Shown piece after piece: positions 1-9,733 of a stretch of 64,000 nucleotides of DNA. Numbering within the stretch: position 1 is the stretch's first letter; the number at the start of each line of letters is the position of its first letter. The notes beneath the pieces are model-generated. The model worked only from the letters and a program-made list of their open reading frames with translations. It did no database searches and had not been told where the DNA came from. Both the position numbers and the translations under genes were made by a program. The stretch comes from Phycisphaerae bacterium (GTDB lineage: Bacteria; Planctomycetota; Phycisphaerae; UBA1845), in the NCBI GenBank assembly GCA_963666835.2, contig CAXXGO010000003.1:160001-224000 (forward strand). The letters are read 5' to 3'.

Positions 1-2621
1 GCTTCTCCCCGCTCTCCGAGCATCCGTGGTTTGGTCAGCTCGATATACCAATCGCAGACGGAGTCCCAGAAGAACTCGCGCAGCTCCCTGATCGACGCAG
101 AGAACTGATAGGTCTGGACGTTACGGTGATAGACGCGGATTGTCTGGGAAAGTCCCGCGAGGATCCAGCGGTCCTCCGGCGCCAGTGCGGCCGGATCGAG
201 CCTGTCGCACGGGGCGCCGTCCAAGTTGGTCAAAGCGAAGCGGGCGGCGTTCCACAGTTTGTTGCAGAAGTTGCGACCCATGTCGAACTTGTCGGACGTC
301 TCCCGGGCGACGGTCAGTTCCTTCTTCAGCTCCGCGCCGGCCCATTGGGTGGCGAATTCCGTGCTACAATGTGGGCACTTGACCCGAAGGCAGTCGGCGG
401 GCTGCAGCTTACGCACGAGCTTCTGCCCGCGAGACTTGCGGTCTTGTTCTTCGGCTTTCAGCGCAAGAGCCTGGTCGACGAGCTTAGTGCAGTGCGGACA
501 AACGTATTCCACCGGCATGCGGATGTCCTGCGTTTCCGTGGTCATGTCGGCCATCGTGTAGCGCAAAGCATCGGCGCCGTGAGTGTGGAGGATGTCAACC
601 GGGTCCACGCCGTTACCCTTCGATTTGCTCATGGTCTCGCCGCGCCCGTCGAGGATCTTCGGGTGAACGTACACGTGGTCGAAGGGCACGTCCCCGATGG
701 CATAAAGCCCGAACATCACCATGCGGGCGACCCAATTCGTGATGATGTCGCGCGAAGTCACCAACACGGTGCCCGGGTAATATTGCTTCAGGCTTTCCGT
801 CTCGTCCGGCCAACCTTGGGTGCTGAACGGCCACAACGCCGAGCTGAACCAGGTGTCGAGGACATCGTCGTCGCGGCTGAAGCCGTGACGTTCGAGTCCT
901 TCCGCGGTCACTGGTTTGCTGTCGTCGCTTTCCAGGCAGACGTAGAGGTCGTACTCCCCGGCGGATTCCTGAACGGCCGCCCGCAATGCGCCGGGCTCTA
1001 CCGGCTCACCGTTGTCAGCCCGGCAGATTACCAAAGCGGCGTCCTCTGCCCGGCCTTCGATAATCGCACCGAGCCCGGCCGGACCGCTGAGGTGTTTCTC
1101 GTAGTTGGCCCCATCCAGAGTGACGCGCCGGTGCCAGATCGGTATACGGTGTCCCCACCACAATTGCCGGCCGATACACCAGTCGCGCTTCTCACCCAGC
1201 CAGTCCAGGTAGCTTTTAGTGTACCTTTCCGGGAAGATCCCGACCCGCCCGTCGTCAATGGTGTCTATCGCCGCCTGAGCCAGTCCGAGTGCCTCCGTGC
1301 CGTCACCAAGCGACACATGCCGGTCTCCGGTCAGGACGAACCACTGGTCGGATAGATAGGGTTCGATCGCGGTCTTACTGCGGTCGCTGTGCCCGATCTC
1401 GACGTCGTGATCCTCTATCTCGTGCAGCAAGCCCCGAGCTTCCAGATCGGCGACCACCTTATCCCGACCCTCCGTGGAGAACTCCAGCCCCTCGTAGAGT
1501 TCGCTCTGCGGGTTCGGCGATCCGTCCGGCTCTACGATTGCAGCGATTCTCCCGGTGGCAGTCAGCACGTTTATCATGGGCAGAGCGTGGCGCAGCCCGA
1601 CTTCATAATCGTTGGGATCGTGAGCCGGGGTGATCTTGACGCATCCGCTGCCCAGCATAGGTTTAGCCCAGTCGTCCGCGATAAGCGGGATTTCACGCTC
1701 GACTAACGGGAGCATCAGCTTCCGGCCGGCCCGAGCCATGTCCCGCAAAGTCACGAGCCGGGCAAGGTGGGACTCGCGGCGCGCGGCCAGCGCTTCGAGC
1801 TTGCTTTCGGCTTCGACCTTGTCCTTGCCGGTGCTTTCGGTGGCGGCTTCCCGCAGGCGCGCCTCCTCCTTCTCGAAGAACCCCTCCGGATCGGGGTGGA
1901 CGGCGACGGCCGTGTCGCCCAGCATCGTCTCCGGCCGCGTGGTTGCGATGATCACATGTTCGGGCTCGCCCGGCTGCGGGTCGATCACGGGGTACTTGAA
2001 GTGCCAGAAATGTCCATTGACGGTCTCGTAATAGACTTCGTCGTTGGACACAGCCGTTTGCAGTTCGGTATCCCAGTTCACCAGGCGCTTACCGCGGACG
2101 ATAAGACCGTCCTTGAACAGGTTGAAGAACTGCCGGCGTACGGCTCGGGCACACACGTCGTCCAGGGTGAACCGGGTCCGCTCCCAGTCGCACGATGAAC
2201 CCATCAACTGGAGTTGACCGAGGATTCGCTTCTCGTATTCGTCCTTCCAGGCCCAGATGCGTCTGACCAGTTCCTCCCGGCCCAAGTCGTGGCGGCTCTT
2301 GCCTTCGAGTTCGCGAATGCGCCGCTCTACGACTGCCTGGGTGGCGATCCCGGCATGGTCCGTTCCGGGCTGCCACAGCGTGTTAAAGCCGCGCATACGG
2401 TGATAGCGAGTCAGGATGTCTTGAAGCGTGCAGTTCAGGGCGTGGCCAAGGTGCAGAGCGCCGGTGACGTTGGGAAGCGGGATGACGATTACAAACGTCC
2501 GCTCGTGTGGGCTGCCGTCGGGCGTTGCCCGGAACGCGCCCGCCTGCTCCCAGGCAGCGTACACCTTTGGTTCGACATCAAGCGGGTCGTAGACGGAATC
2601 CAAAACGGGGTTCTCGGCCAT
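1..2621 (-). CDS. valS: Valyl-tRNA synthetase (3' end runs off the window)
   Basis: Manual translation from the ATG at 2621: MAENPVLDSVYDP...IVIPLPNVTGALHLGHAL (HIGH motif), WQPGTDHAGIATQ, RDWCIGRQLWWGHRIP, DVLDTWFSS, MSKSKGNGVDP (KMSKS motif). Absent from the ORF track because its stop lies outside the window. Confidence 0.97.
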   Translation of the reverse strand, partial: MAENPVLDSVYDPLDVEPKVYAAWEQAGAFRATPDGSPHERTFVIVIPLPNVTGALHLGHALNCTLQDILTRYHRMRGFNTLWQPGTDHAGIATQAVVERRIRELEGKSRHDLGREELVRRIWAWKDEYEKRILGQLQLMGSSCDWERTRFTLDDVCARAVRRQFFNLFKDGLIVRGKRLVNWDTELQTAVSNDEVYYETVNGHFWHFKYPVIDPQPGEPEHVIIATTRPETMLGDTAVAVHPDPEGFFEKEEARLREAATESTGKDKVEAESKLEALAARRESHLARLVTLRDMARAGRKLMLPLVEREIPLIADDWAKPMLGSGCVKITPAHDPNDYEVGLRHALPMINVLTATGRIAAIVEPDGSPNPQSELYEGLEFSTEGRDKVVADLEARGLLHEIEDHDVEIGHSDRSKTAIEPYLSDQWFVLTGDRHVSLGDGTEALGLAQAAIDTIDDGRVGIFPERYTKSYLDWLGEKRDWCIGRQLWWGHRIPIWHRRVTLDGANYEKHLSGPAGLGAIIEGRAEDAALVICRADNGEPVEPGALRAAVQESAGEYDLYVCLESDDSKPVTAEGLERHGFSRDDDVLDTWFSSALWPFSTQGWPDETESLKQYYPGTVLVTSRDIITNWVARMVMFGLYAIGDVPFDHVYVHPKILDGRGETMSKSKGNGVDPVDILHTHGADALRYTMADMTTETQDIRMPVEYVCPHCTKLVDQALALKAEEQDRKSRGQKLVRKLQPADCLRVKCPHCSTEFATQWAGAELKKELTVARETSDKFDMGRNFCNKLWNAARFALTNLDGAPCDRLDPAALAPEDRWILAGLSQTIRVYHRNVQTYQFSASIRELREFFWDSVCDWYIELTKPRMLGERGE

Positions 2622-2665
2622 CTTGTCAGTTCTCGAATCCAGGGTTTCTCCGAAAGATGAATCGG

Positions 2666-2693
2666 AAGGTAGAGTAATGACCTGAAAAGTCAA
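2666..2693 (-). promoter_or_regulatory. Possible sigma70-type promoter for valS
   Basis: TTGACT-N16-TACCTT on the minus strand, about 45 bp upstream of the valS ATG. Confidence 0.3.
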
Positions 2694-2889
2694 ACAGAGA
2701 GGGTGCTTAAAGGCTGCGGGCGGCGTGGACCTGGGTGTTCTACCCGTCCGCCGCAAAGTGAGCAGAAGGGGATAGCGGACCGGGGAAGATAAGGCCGCTC
2801 CACCGCGGGCGGTGAGACATCCACTCCGGCATCACAACGAGCTGCACCGTCGCGTCATCCTGAAAGAACCCGCGCTTCTCCGCGGGCTG

Positions 2890-3768
2890 CTAGGAAGCGA
2901 CGCTCTCCAGGTTTACGCCGAGCTGGCTCGCGGCGGCATCGGCCGTGTGGTCGATCAGAGTGGCGATGGTCATGGGGCCGACTCCTCCCGGGACCGGAGT
3001 TATCAGAGACGCCGGCTCGATCGCGCCCTCGAAATCCACATCGCCGATGATGCCCTCGTTGTAGCCGGCGTCGATGATGACCGCTCCGAGCTTGACCCAG
3101 CCGCCTTTCACGAAGCGCGGTTTACCCACGGCGGCGATCACGATATCCGCATGCCGGACCAGATTCGGCAGCGAGCGGGTTCGGGAGTGGCACAGGGTTA
3201 CCGTGGCGTGGGCGTTAATGAGCATGGAGGCCATCGGCCGCCCGAGGATCGGGCTTCGCCCGATAACAACTGCGTGGGCCCCGTCTATTTCGACCTTGTA
3301 TTCGTTGAGCAGGTGCATGATACCCGCCGGCGTGCAAGGGACGAACGCCGGCATGCCCAGTATAACCCGCCCCAGCGTGGCCGAGCTGACCCCGTCGACG
3401 TCCTTCTCCGGCATTATCGCCTCGAACGCGGCCCGTTTGTCGATTGGTTTCGGCACCGGGTGCTGCAGGAGGATTCCGTGAATGGCTTTGTCCGCTCCGA
3501 GTCGACGAAGTTCGGCGGTTAGCTCCTCCGTCGTCGTACCCTCGGGCATCTCGATGCGCACCGGACGCATGCCCGCATCTTCGCACCGCTTCCGCTTCAT
3601 CCGGGTGTACGTGACGGACGCCGGGTCCGTGCCGACCAGCACCGTAGCCAGAGCGGGTACTACCCCGGAAGCCTCGCGAATCTGCTCTACCTTTGCCGCG
3701 GCACGCTCAAGCACCCGCTTGGCCAGGGGCCGACCATCCATTAGCTTCGCGTTGTTTATTCTGTCCAT
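2890..3768 (-). CDS. folD: Bifunctional methylenetetrahydrofolate dehydrogenase/cyclohydrolase
   Basis: Motifs LATVLVGTDPAS, HGILLQHP, KDVDG, PCTPAG, VIGRSPILGRP, TPVPGGVGPMT. Start reset to MDRINNAK (3768); the longer ORF overlaps the upstream gene. Confidence 0.96.
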   Translation of the reverse strand: MDRINNAKLMDGRPLAKRVLERAAAKVEQIREASGVVPALATVLVGTDPASVTYTRMKRKRCEDAGMRPVRIEMPEGTTTEELTAELRRLGADKAIHGILLQHPVPKPIDKRAAFEAIMPEKDVDGVSSATLGRVILGMPAFVPCTPAGIMHLLNEYKVEIDGAHAVVIGRSPILGRPMASMLINAHATVTLCHSRTRSLPNLVRHADIVIAAVGKPRFVKGGWVKLGAVIIDAGYNEGIIGDVDFEGAIEPASLITPVPGGVGPMTIATLIDHTADAAASQLGVNLESVAS

Positions 3769-3902
3769 CGACGGAGTATACCAGGGAACCGGCGGCAAGT
3801 CAGGCGAGCGGGCGGAACCCGGAGGATCGGGGCACTCGACCCCTACGCCGCTTCTTGCGCCGGTGGCGTGCTCTGTCGCGGGCGGATTGGAAGGTCGGCA
3901 GC

Positions 3903-4814
3903 TCATTCCGTAAAAGCCGCTTCGGCCCACTCCTCGAGCTGTTCCAGGTCGGTCGTGATCGTGCGACCGTTCTCGATGCTGATGGTGATCTCTCCGGTGG
4001 TAGGGGAGGTCTCGCTGAACGTGATCGTCATGGCGCGGATAGCCGGGCCGTCTACGACGACAACGCCGCTGAAGGGTACCAGGCAGTAATACTCTTCGAG
4101 GGAGATCTGCACGTTCTCCATCGTGAGGGACCATTCGTCCTGTTGCTCGGAGACGGTTCCGGTGTATTCCTCGATGGTCGTAATATCGCAACACCCTGTC
4201 AGAACGGGCATGTATGTGCCCCGGCCTTCGCCGGCAGTGGAGACCGTGTCTCCGTCGGAGTTCCAGGTCAGGTCCCAATCACCTTCTACCGACACGCCCG
4301 GGACTAACAACCCGAGAGCAAGGTTGGCCGAGCCGGACAGGGACTCGTCGTTGCACGTGATGTCGTTGAACTCGAGTCCCACCGCCAGGCCGGTAGCACT
4401 CACCGTGCCGCTGGCGCTGCCTGAGCAAACGAGGGTGAACTCCTCGTCTGCGGTAAAGGCCGTGCAGGGCTCATCGCCAAAGTCGATCGTTATCGTCAGG
4501 TCATCTTCGAGTATCGATCCCGTCTTGGTCACCTCGGGGCACGTTCCGAAAGTGATGTCCGGGAGGTCAAGCTGGCGCGACCCTCTGGTTTTGGCCTCAG
4601 TGTCAATATCGCCGGTGGAGGTTTGAGTTACGTCGGTCGACTGAGCCAGCGCGCTGGTGGCGGCGACCGCCGCCTTCATGGCACGAGCCTCACTTCCGGT
4701 TATGTCCTCGGGGTTTGTGTCATCATCCGGAGTGCGTACTACGCAGCCTGCCATGGTCCCCAAGGCCAGCAACGCCACCGCGATCATGCCTAGGCCGAAT
4801 CGCCAGTTTCTCAT
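3903..4814 (-). CDS. Acidic, Thr-rich lipoprotein of unknown function
   Basis: Signal peptide with lipobox (LALGTMAG-C), upstream AGGAG RBS, beta-strand-like composition. Confidence 0.75.
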   Translation of the reverse strand: MRNWRFGLGMIAVALLALGTMAGCVVRTPDDDTNPEDITGSEARAMKAAVAATSALAQSTDVTQTSTGDIDTEAKTRGSRQLDLPDITFGTCPEVTKTGSILEDDLTITIDFGDEPCTAFTADEEFTLVCSGSASGTVSATGLAVGLEFNDITCNDESLSGSANLALGLLVPGVSVEGDWDLTWNSDGDTVSTAGEGRGTYMPVLTGCCDITTIEEYTGTVSEQQDEWSLTMENVQISLEEYYCLVPFSGVVVVDGPAIRAMTITFSETSPTTGEITISIENGRTITTDLEQLEEWAEAAFTE

Positions 4815-5362
4815 TATCTTGCTCCTGCGGGATACCCGTTATCCGGTTCAAGTTCATCAAATGTTCTCGGACGACCGCTCGGATGGGCTCCGAGCCGGCG
4901 CGCCGTTGCGTATCTCGGCTGACAGCCCTTTGGGCTTTCTCGGGCAGGCTGGAAGCCTGCGTTACGTCCTTTCGGCTGACGACCCCGACGACCTTGAGCC
5001 GAACGAGGGGATCTGGGAAAGCCGGCAACTCGGCCCGGCCGGTGGGGGATATGACGGACATTCCCTGGTAGTCTGCCCTCGTTGCTCTATGCATTCTCGC
5101 CGGGCAAGCCGAGCGGGTCTGTCCGATTCGGTGCGGGTCTACGAAGGCGGCGTCGCGAGGCATACTCGCCGGGGCCCGGTTCTGCCGAACGTAGCGTAGA
5201 CCACGGCTGGCCTCGACAAGACGCCCGGAATGCCGTCGACCAAGTGGGGCGGAGACGCAATAACACCTCTGCCCGTGGTCCGTCATAGGTCGTAGTCGCA
5301 AAGGTATGGGTGGTCGGGGCATCCTGTTGGAAGCCGAAACTCGTTTGCTGGAGTGTGGAGTC

Positions 5363-6769
5363 ATGATTGTGCGGTTCTTGTGCGTGGCAGGAGTGCTGTC
5401 GGCGATGTCGGCTACGGTCGCCGCAGATGATCCCGAGACCATTCGGTTGCGCGAAGCAGAGTACGAAGTCTGGCCGCTCGACGATTTGATTGAACGTGGG
5501 TTCGATTTGCAGCCGGTCCCCCGTGCGGAGAACGCGGCGTGGATATACATCGATGCCATTAACGCATACGTTGAGCTTCCTCCGGAATTGGAGGCCGCAC
5601 TGGATTACGCCAGCACCACGGCATGGCCCGTCGGTCACGCCGGATTCGCCGAGTATATGGCCGCTCCCGGTAACCGCACGGCCTTGATGAAGGTGCGGGA
5701 GGCGTCGCGTTTGGATCGCTGTCAGATTCCGTACTTCGGCGATTCAAGCGGCAGTATCATGTCGGTGTTGTTGCCCAGTCTGTCCGGGTTTCGATCCCTG
5801 GGAAAACTAGAAGCTTGCGAAGGACGCCGGCTGGAAAGCAACCTCGAATATGTTCAGGCGCTGGAGTGTTACATAACGGCGATGCGTACGGGGGAGCATG
5901 TTGGGCAGGGGATGACCCTGATTGAAGGGTTGGTGGGGATTGCTATCTGGACAATGGCGGAGCGAGCGTCAATGGACTTGGTCCTTCGTCGCCCTTTGTC
6001 GCTCGAACAGCTTAGAGGTTTGCAGCGCGAACTGGCGAAAAGAGCGTTGCGGGTGCCGACGGCCAAGAGAGGGCTGGAGGGAGAGCGTACGTTCGGCCCG
6101 GCGTTGATCGATGAGCTTTGCGCGCATCCTCTGCGCATTCCGGCTAATATCGCCGGGGAGTTCGCCGCGGAGCCTGGAGATTGGCTGGGTACTCCCGACG
6201 CCTGTTCCAACCCTCACGAGGGATGGGGTAAGCTCGAACTTTGCGTCGGCCAACTCATCTTCCCGGATCGGACCATTAAGAAGCACATGCTCGGTTTCTA
6301 CGATCTGGTATGCCGGCGGGCCGAGAATGGCCCGAGTATGGATCCAAAGCTCGAGTTTGATGAAGCCGAGTACGTCCGCCGCAGTATCCCTGTGTGGGAT
6401 GTGTTCTCACGTAGCCTGCTTCCCTCGTTATCCCGGGCGACTCTGCTCGGGGAACGGGCGCAGGCAGAGATGGCGCTGCTACGAACCGCGGTTGCCCTGC
6501 GAATACGCATGTTGGAGAACGACGGGGCAATTCCGTCGTCGTTGGCCGAGCTTGACGGGAAGCTGCCTCGCGAGGTGATGGTCGACCCGTTTGGCGGCGC
6601 GCAGCTCGTCTACCGCGTGACGGAAAACGGATGGCGGTTGTACAGCCTGGGACCGAACCTGATTGATGACGGGGGCCAGCGCGCGGAACGCTGGGATAGC
6701 CTGGACCTGGCGTATCAGTATCCGCCGTTGCCCGTTGAACCGTTCCTGCTGCCGGAAAGGGAGGAGTAG
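5363..6769 (+). CDS. Secreted hypothetical protein with GspG/pseudopilin-like C-terminal motif
   Basis: Signal peptide (MIVRFLCVAG...ATVAA); C-terminal PSSLAEL...DPFGG...YSLGPNLIDDGG pattern. Confidence 0.7.
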   Translation: MIVRFLCVAGVLSAMSATVAADDPETIRLREAEYEVWPLDDLIERGFDLQPVPRAENAAWIYIDAINAYVELPPELEAALDYASTTAWPVGHAGFAEYMAAPGNRTALMKVREASRLDRCQIPYFGDSSGSIMSVLLPSLSGFRSLGKLEACEGRRLESNLEYVQALECYITAMRTGEHVGQGMTLIEGLVGIAIWTMAERASMDLVLRRPLSLEQLRGLQRELAKRALRVPTAKRGLEGERTFGPALIDELCAHPLRIPANIAGEFAAEPGDWLGTPDACSNPHEGWGKLELCVGQLIFPDRTIKKHMLGFYDLVCRRAENGPSMDPKLEFDEAEYVRRSIPVWDVFSRSLLPSLSRATLLGERAQAEMALLRTAVALRIRMLENDGAIPSSLAELDGKLPREVMVDPFGGAQLVYRVTENGWRLYSLGPNLIDDGGQRAERWDSLDLAYQYPPLPVEPFLLPEREE

Positions 6770-6773
6770 ACGG

Positions 6774-8888
6774 ATGGACTTGCACCGAACCTATTTCGGT
6801 TTCCTATCGATACCACGGATGAAGGTCGAACGAATGAAAACGACAACACGCGATTTCACACGAACGAAGGCCGTGTTTCTTTCCCTCCTGTTCGCGGTTT
6901 CGGGAGAGGCGTTTGCGGAGAATGCGCCGACTACGGCGGATGCCACGAACGTCGAGTTGCCGGCGGAAGAAGAGAAATTGCCCGATGATGTTCTGACACT
7001 TGTGCCGGCGGATGCCGTTATGGTGGCATACACCGAGCAGATCGAGCGATACTCGCAGTCTCGCGGGTTAGCGGCGTTGGCAGATTCGTTGACGCCGCTT
7101 CTACAGGTTGTTGACGAGGCCGTGGACGGTTCCGTTATGCTGGCTATAAGCGGGAGCCTGGTGAATCCGGCGTCCTGGCGGGTCACTGCGGCGGCGCGGA
7201 CGAAGCAGGAGGCCGACGAGTTCTTCCGTTATCTGGCGGACGACCTCGTCCCGGTCTGGAACGAGACGGCGCAGACGAGGCGAGCCGGACAGTTGCGGTT
7301 CTTGCCGGTGGGCGGGACCGGCCGATTGATGTTGGTCGGTCCGACTCCCGTCTTCATGACCGTGGCGGTACGGGACGGCCTGGTGTTCGGTTCGACCCGC
7401 TCGCGGGAGGCGGAGGACTGGCTCACGGGAAACGAGCTGGGCGAGTCGTTTGTCGACGGACGGGAATTCGCGCGGCTAAACGACGGGCGATCGGCGGCGG
7501 TGGGGGACTTAGCCTATGTGGATCTCCGCGAGCTTGTGCCGTTTGCCGTAACACAGCTCGATCAGACCTTCCCGGGTCTGGCCGAAGCTCTGCAGATAGA
7601 GAACTTCGAGAGTGTGGCGTTGATTGGAGGAAGTCGGCAGCGCCCCGCGGGGACCTCTACGCGGGATCTGCCGCGAAGTGCCTCGGGGCTGCGTTTGGCC
7701 ATTGGGGTTGAGTCGACCGAACGCGGGTTCGTTCGCCTGCTGGCGTCGCCGCCGGCACGCCCGTTGTTGGCACGCGTCTTCCCCCAAGAGACTCGGATTC
7801 TGCTGCACGGTTCGATGGAGCGAACTTCCACCGTTGTTGATAACCTGAACGTCGCGTTATCCGCCATCGACGAGGATATCGTGGCCGAGTATCGCCAGGA
7901 AGTCGCGGAGTTCAAGGAGAACGCGGGGTTCGACCCTCATTCAGAATTCCTGGCGTGCTTTGCGGGGGAGTGGGCGTTCGGGATGCTGGGGCCGGACCTT
8001 AAGAGTTCGCTTTTTGCCCTTCGGGTGGCCGATTCCGACGCCGTTAAGTCTATGATCCACCGACTGCAGGTGTTCTACGACCTCAAGATTGTCCGGGAAA
8101 GTTACCGCCGTTTGATGGTGGCGCACGCTCTGCGACGGGCGGGCGTCTTCTCCTACGCCGTAGTTGATAATGTGCTCCTGGCTTCCCCCGATAGAGAGAC
8201 GGTCCGTGCGGCGATCGACGCGGTTCTGGACAAGAAGGGGTTATCTCAAGTGCCGGAGTTTGCGACCATTCTGCGACATGTCGATGTCCCTACGTCTAAA
8301 CTGCTGTTCTGGGACGTAGACAAGCATCTTGCCGGTCTGGAGGGTGTTAGGGAGGGTGCCGGAATTGCGGCACTGGCAGAGTTGGGCGAGGTATGCTCTT
8401 GCCTGGGTTTGGCTCTGGTGCCGCATGAACAGATGATCTCTGTGGAGTTGATGCTGGGTGATGCGGACGGTATTGCGGTTACGGAGGTGGCGGCACGAGT
8501 GTTGGCGTCATCGGCGAAGAGGGTGAGACACGAGTCTCTGAGAACGGTGTCCATGACAAATGTCAAGAACACCCTCACCTACTGCATGATGTACGCGAAG
8601 CGGCATGAAGGGCAGTGGCCCCGGTCCATGGAAGATCTGGTGGCCGGCGGTATGGATGCCGCCGCTCTGTTTGTCGATCCCTACGCGCCTGCTGAAGATC
8701 TCGGCGAGCCTTATTATCTTTACCGTTACGTTCCGGATCTCGGAGAAGACTCGGCGGCGACCGAGTTGGTATTGAGCGAGCCGACCGTTCAGTATGGCGG
8801 AGCGGTATTCGGGTTCTCCGATGGCCACGCGGAATGGATCGAGTCTCCGCGGGCGGAAGAACTTCTGGAGATCATGCGCCGCAATTGA
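6774..8888 (+). CDS. Large exported protein (DUF3352-like) with C-terminal pilin-like/H-X9-DG-type module
   Basis: GGAGGAG RBS, signal-like segment ending EAFA, C-terminal ...YAKRHEGQWP...GGAVFGFSDGHAEW. Start could be 6774 or 6834. Confidence 0.7.
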   Translation: MDLHRTYFGFLSIPRMKVERMKTTTRDFTRTKAVFLSLLFAVSGEAFAENAPTTADATNVELPAEEEKLPDDVLTLVPADAVMVAYTEQIERYSQSRGLAALADSLTPLLQVVDEAVDGSVMLAISGSLVNPASWRVTAAARTKQEADEFFRYLADDLVPVWNETAQTRRAGQLRFLPVGGTGRLMLVGPTPVFMTVAVRDGLVFGSTRSREAEDWLTGNELGESFVDGREFARLNDGRSAAVGDLAYVDLRELVPFAVTQLDQTFPGLAEALQIENFESVALIGGSRQRPAGTSTRDLPRSASGLRLAIGVESTERGFVRLLASPPARPLLARVFPQETRILLHGSMERTSTVVDNLNVALSAIDEDIVAEYRQEVAEFKENAGFDPHSEFLACFAGEWAFGMLGPDLKSSLFALRVADSDAVKSMIHRLQVFYDLKIVRESYRRLMVAHALRRAGVFSYAVVDNVLLASPDRETVRAAIDAVLDKKGLSQVPEFATILRHVDVPTSKLLFWDVDKHLAGLEGVREGAGIAALAELGEVCSCLGLALVPHEQMISVELMLGDADGIAVTEVAARVLASSAKRVRHESLRTVSMTNVKNTLTYCMMYAKRHEGQWPRSMEDLVAGGMDAAALFVDPYAPAEDLGEPYYLYRYVPDLGEDSAATELVLSEPTVQYGGAVFGFSDGHAEWIESPRAEELLEIMRRN

Positions 8889-8901
8889 CACCCGGCACTG
8901 C

Positions 8902-9606
8902 TTACTCCGCGCCGTATTCGCGGAGTAGCTCGACGAACTCGTCCAAAACTGCGGCGCGGGCTAAGTGGAGTGCCGTCCGTCCGTCAGCGTCTTTGGCGTG
9001 GACGTCAGCGCCATGTTCGAGCAGGGTCCGGGCCACTCCGACATGGTCCCGCAAGATGGAGCTGTGTAACGGAGTCGTCCCGCGGGTAAGACGCGTATTG
9101 AGGTTCGCCCCTTTCTCGGCCAGAAGGGCGACGGTGCTCTGGCGGCGGCTGGTCACCGCGAGGTGTACGGCCGTGTAACCTCTGACGTCGGGTTGGTCGA
9201 TCGCTGCCCCTTCTGCAAGCAGAAGCTCAACGACGTTGTCGTGTCCATAGGCGGCGGCCAGCACCAGAGGGGTCCGCTTCGTTGAGTCTATGGCGTCAAC
9301 CGCCGCGCCGGAGTCAAGGAGGATGCGGGCCACGTCGACATGTCCTGCGCGAGCCGCAATGTGCAGGGGAGTCTGTCCGTCCTTAGACGGCGCGTTCACG
9401 ATAGCGGGGTGGTCTTCAATAAGCCTCGCGACCATTGCACTGTCGCCGGTTTTCGCGGCTTCGCATAGATTGGAAGATGCCTGGTCAGCGCCTCGCCGAC
9501 ATCCGGAGATGACTGCCAGAACGACCAGGGTCAATGCCCAGCACAGGTTCCGGCGGTATCGCATCGCCACTTTTCTCGGTCCCGGTGCCTTCTCCGGAGA
9601 GGTCAT
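8902..9606 (-). CDS. Ankyrin-repeat lipoprotein
   Basis: Repeated GxTPLHxAA...LL..GA units; lipobox VISG-C (alternative start 9564). Confidence 0.9.
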   Translation of the reverse strand: MTSPEKAPGPRKVAMRYRRNLCWALTLVVLAVISGCRRGADQASSNLCEAAKTGDSAMVARLIEDHPAIVNAPSKDGQTPLHIAARAGHVDVARILLDSGAAVDAIDSTKRTPLVLAAAYGHDNVVELLLAEGAAIDQPDVRGYTAVHLAVTSRRQSTVALLAEKGANLNTRLTRGTTPLHSSILRDHVGVARTLLEHGADVHAKDADGRTALHLARAAVLDEFVELLREYGAE

Positions 9607-9733
9607 CGCGGTTCCTCTCTTGCTCCTTGACGAGGATGGGCTGGCGGAGGCTCTTCAGCGCCGCAACGGACCTCGGCCTGTACACCGCCTTGGCATAGAG
9701 GGAAGACCCTGCCCGGTCTTTCCGGAGACGGCG

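Noticed and set aside
126..2660. Long + strand ORFs (126..1355, 2214..2660 and others)
   Set aside because: Antisense shadows of valS, as expected in GC-rich coding DNA; no motifs.
2622..2889. T-box or other leader RNA upstream of valS
   Set aside because: Only a GC hairpin near 2715-2755; no T-box consensus seen.
4723..5638. Minus-strand ORFs of 278 and 183 aa across the divergent gap
   Set aside because: They overlap better-supported genes and have Arg/Pro-rich non-coding-like composition.
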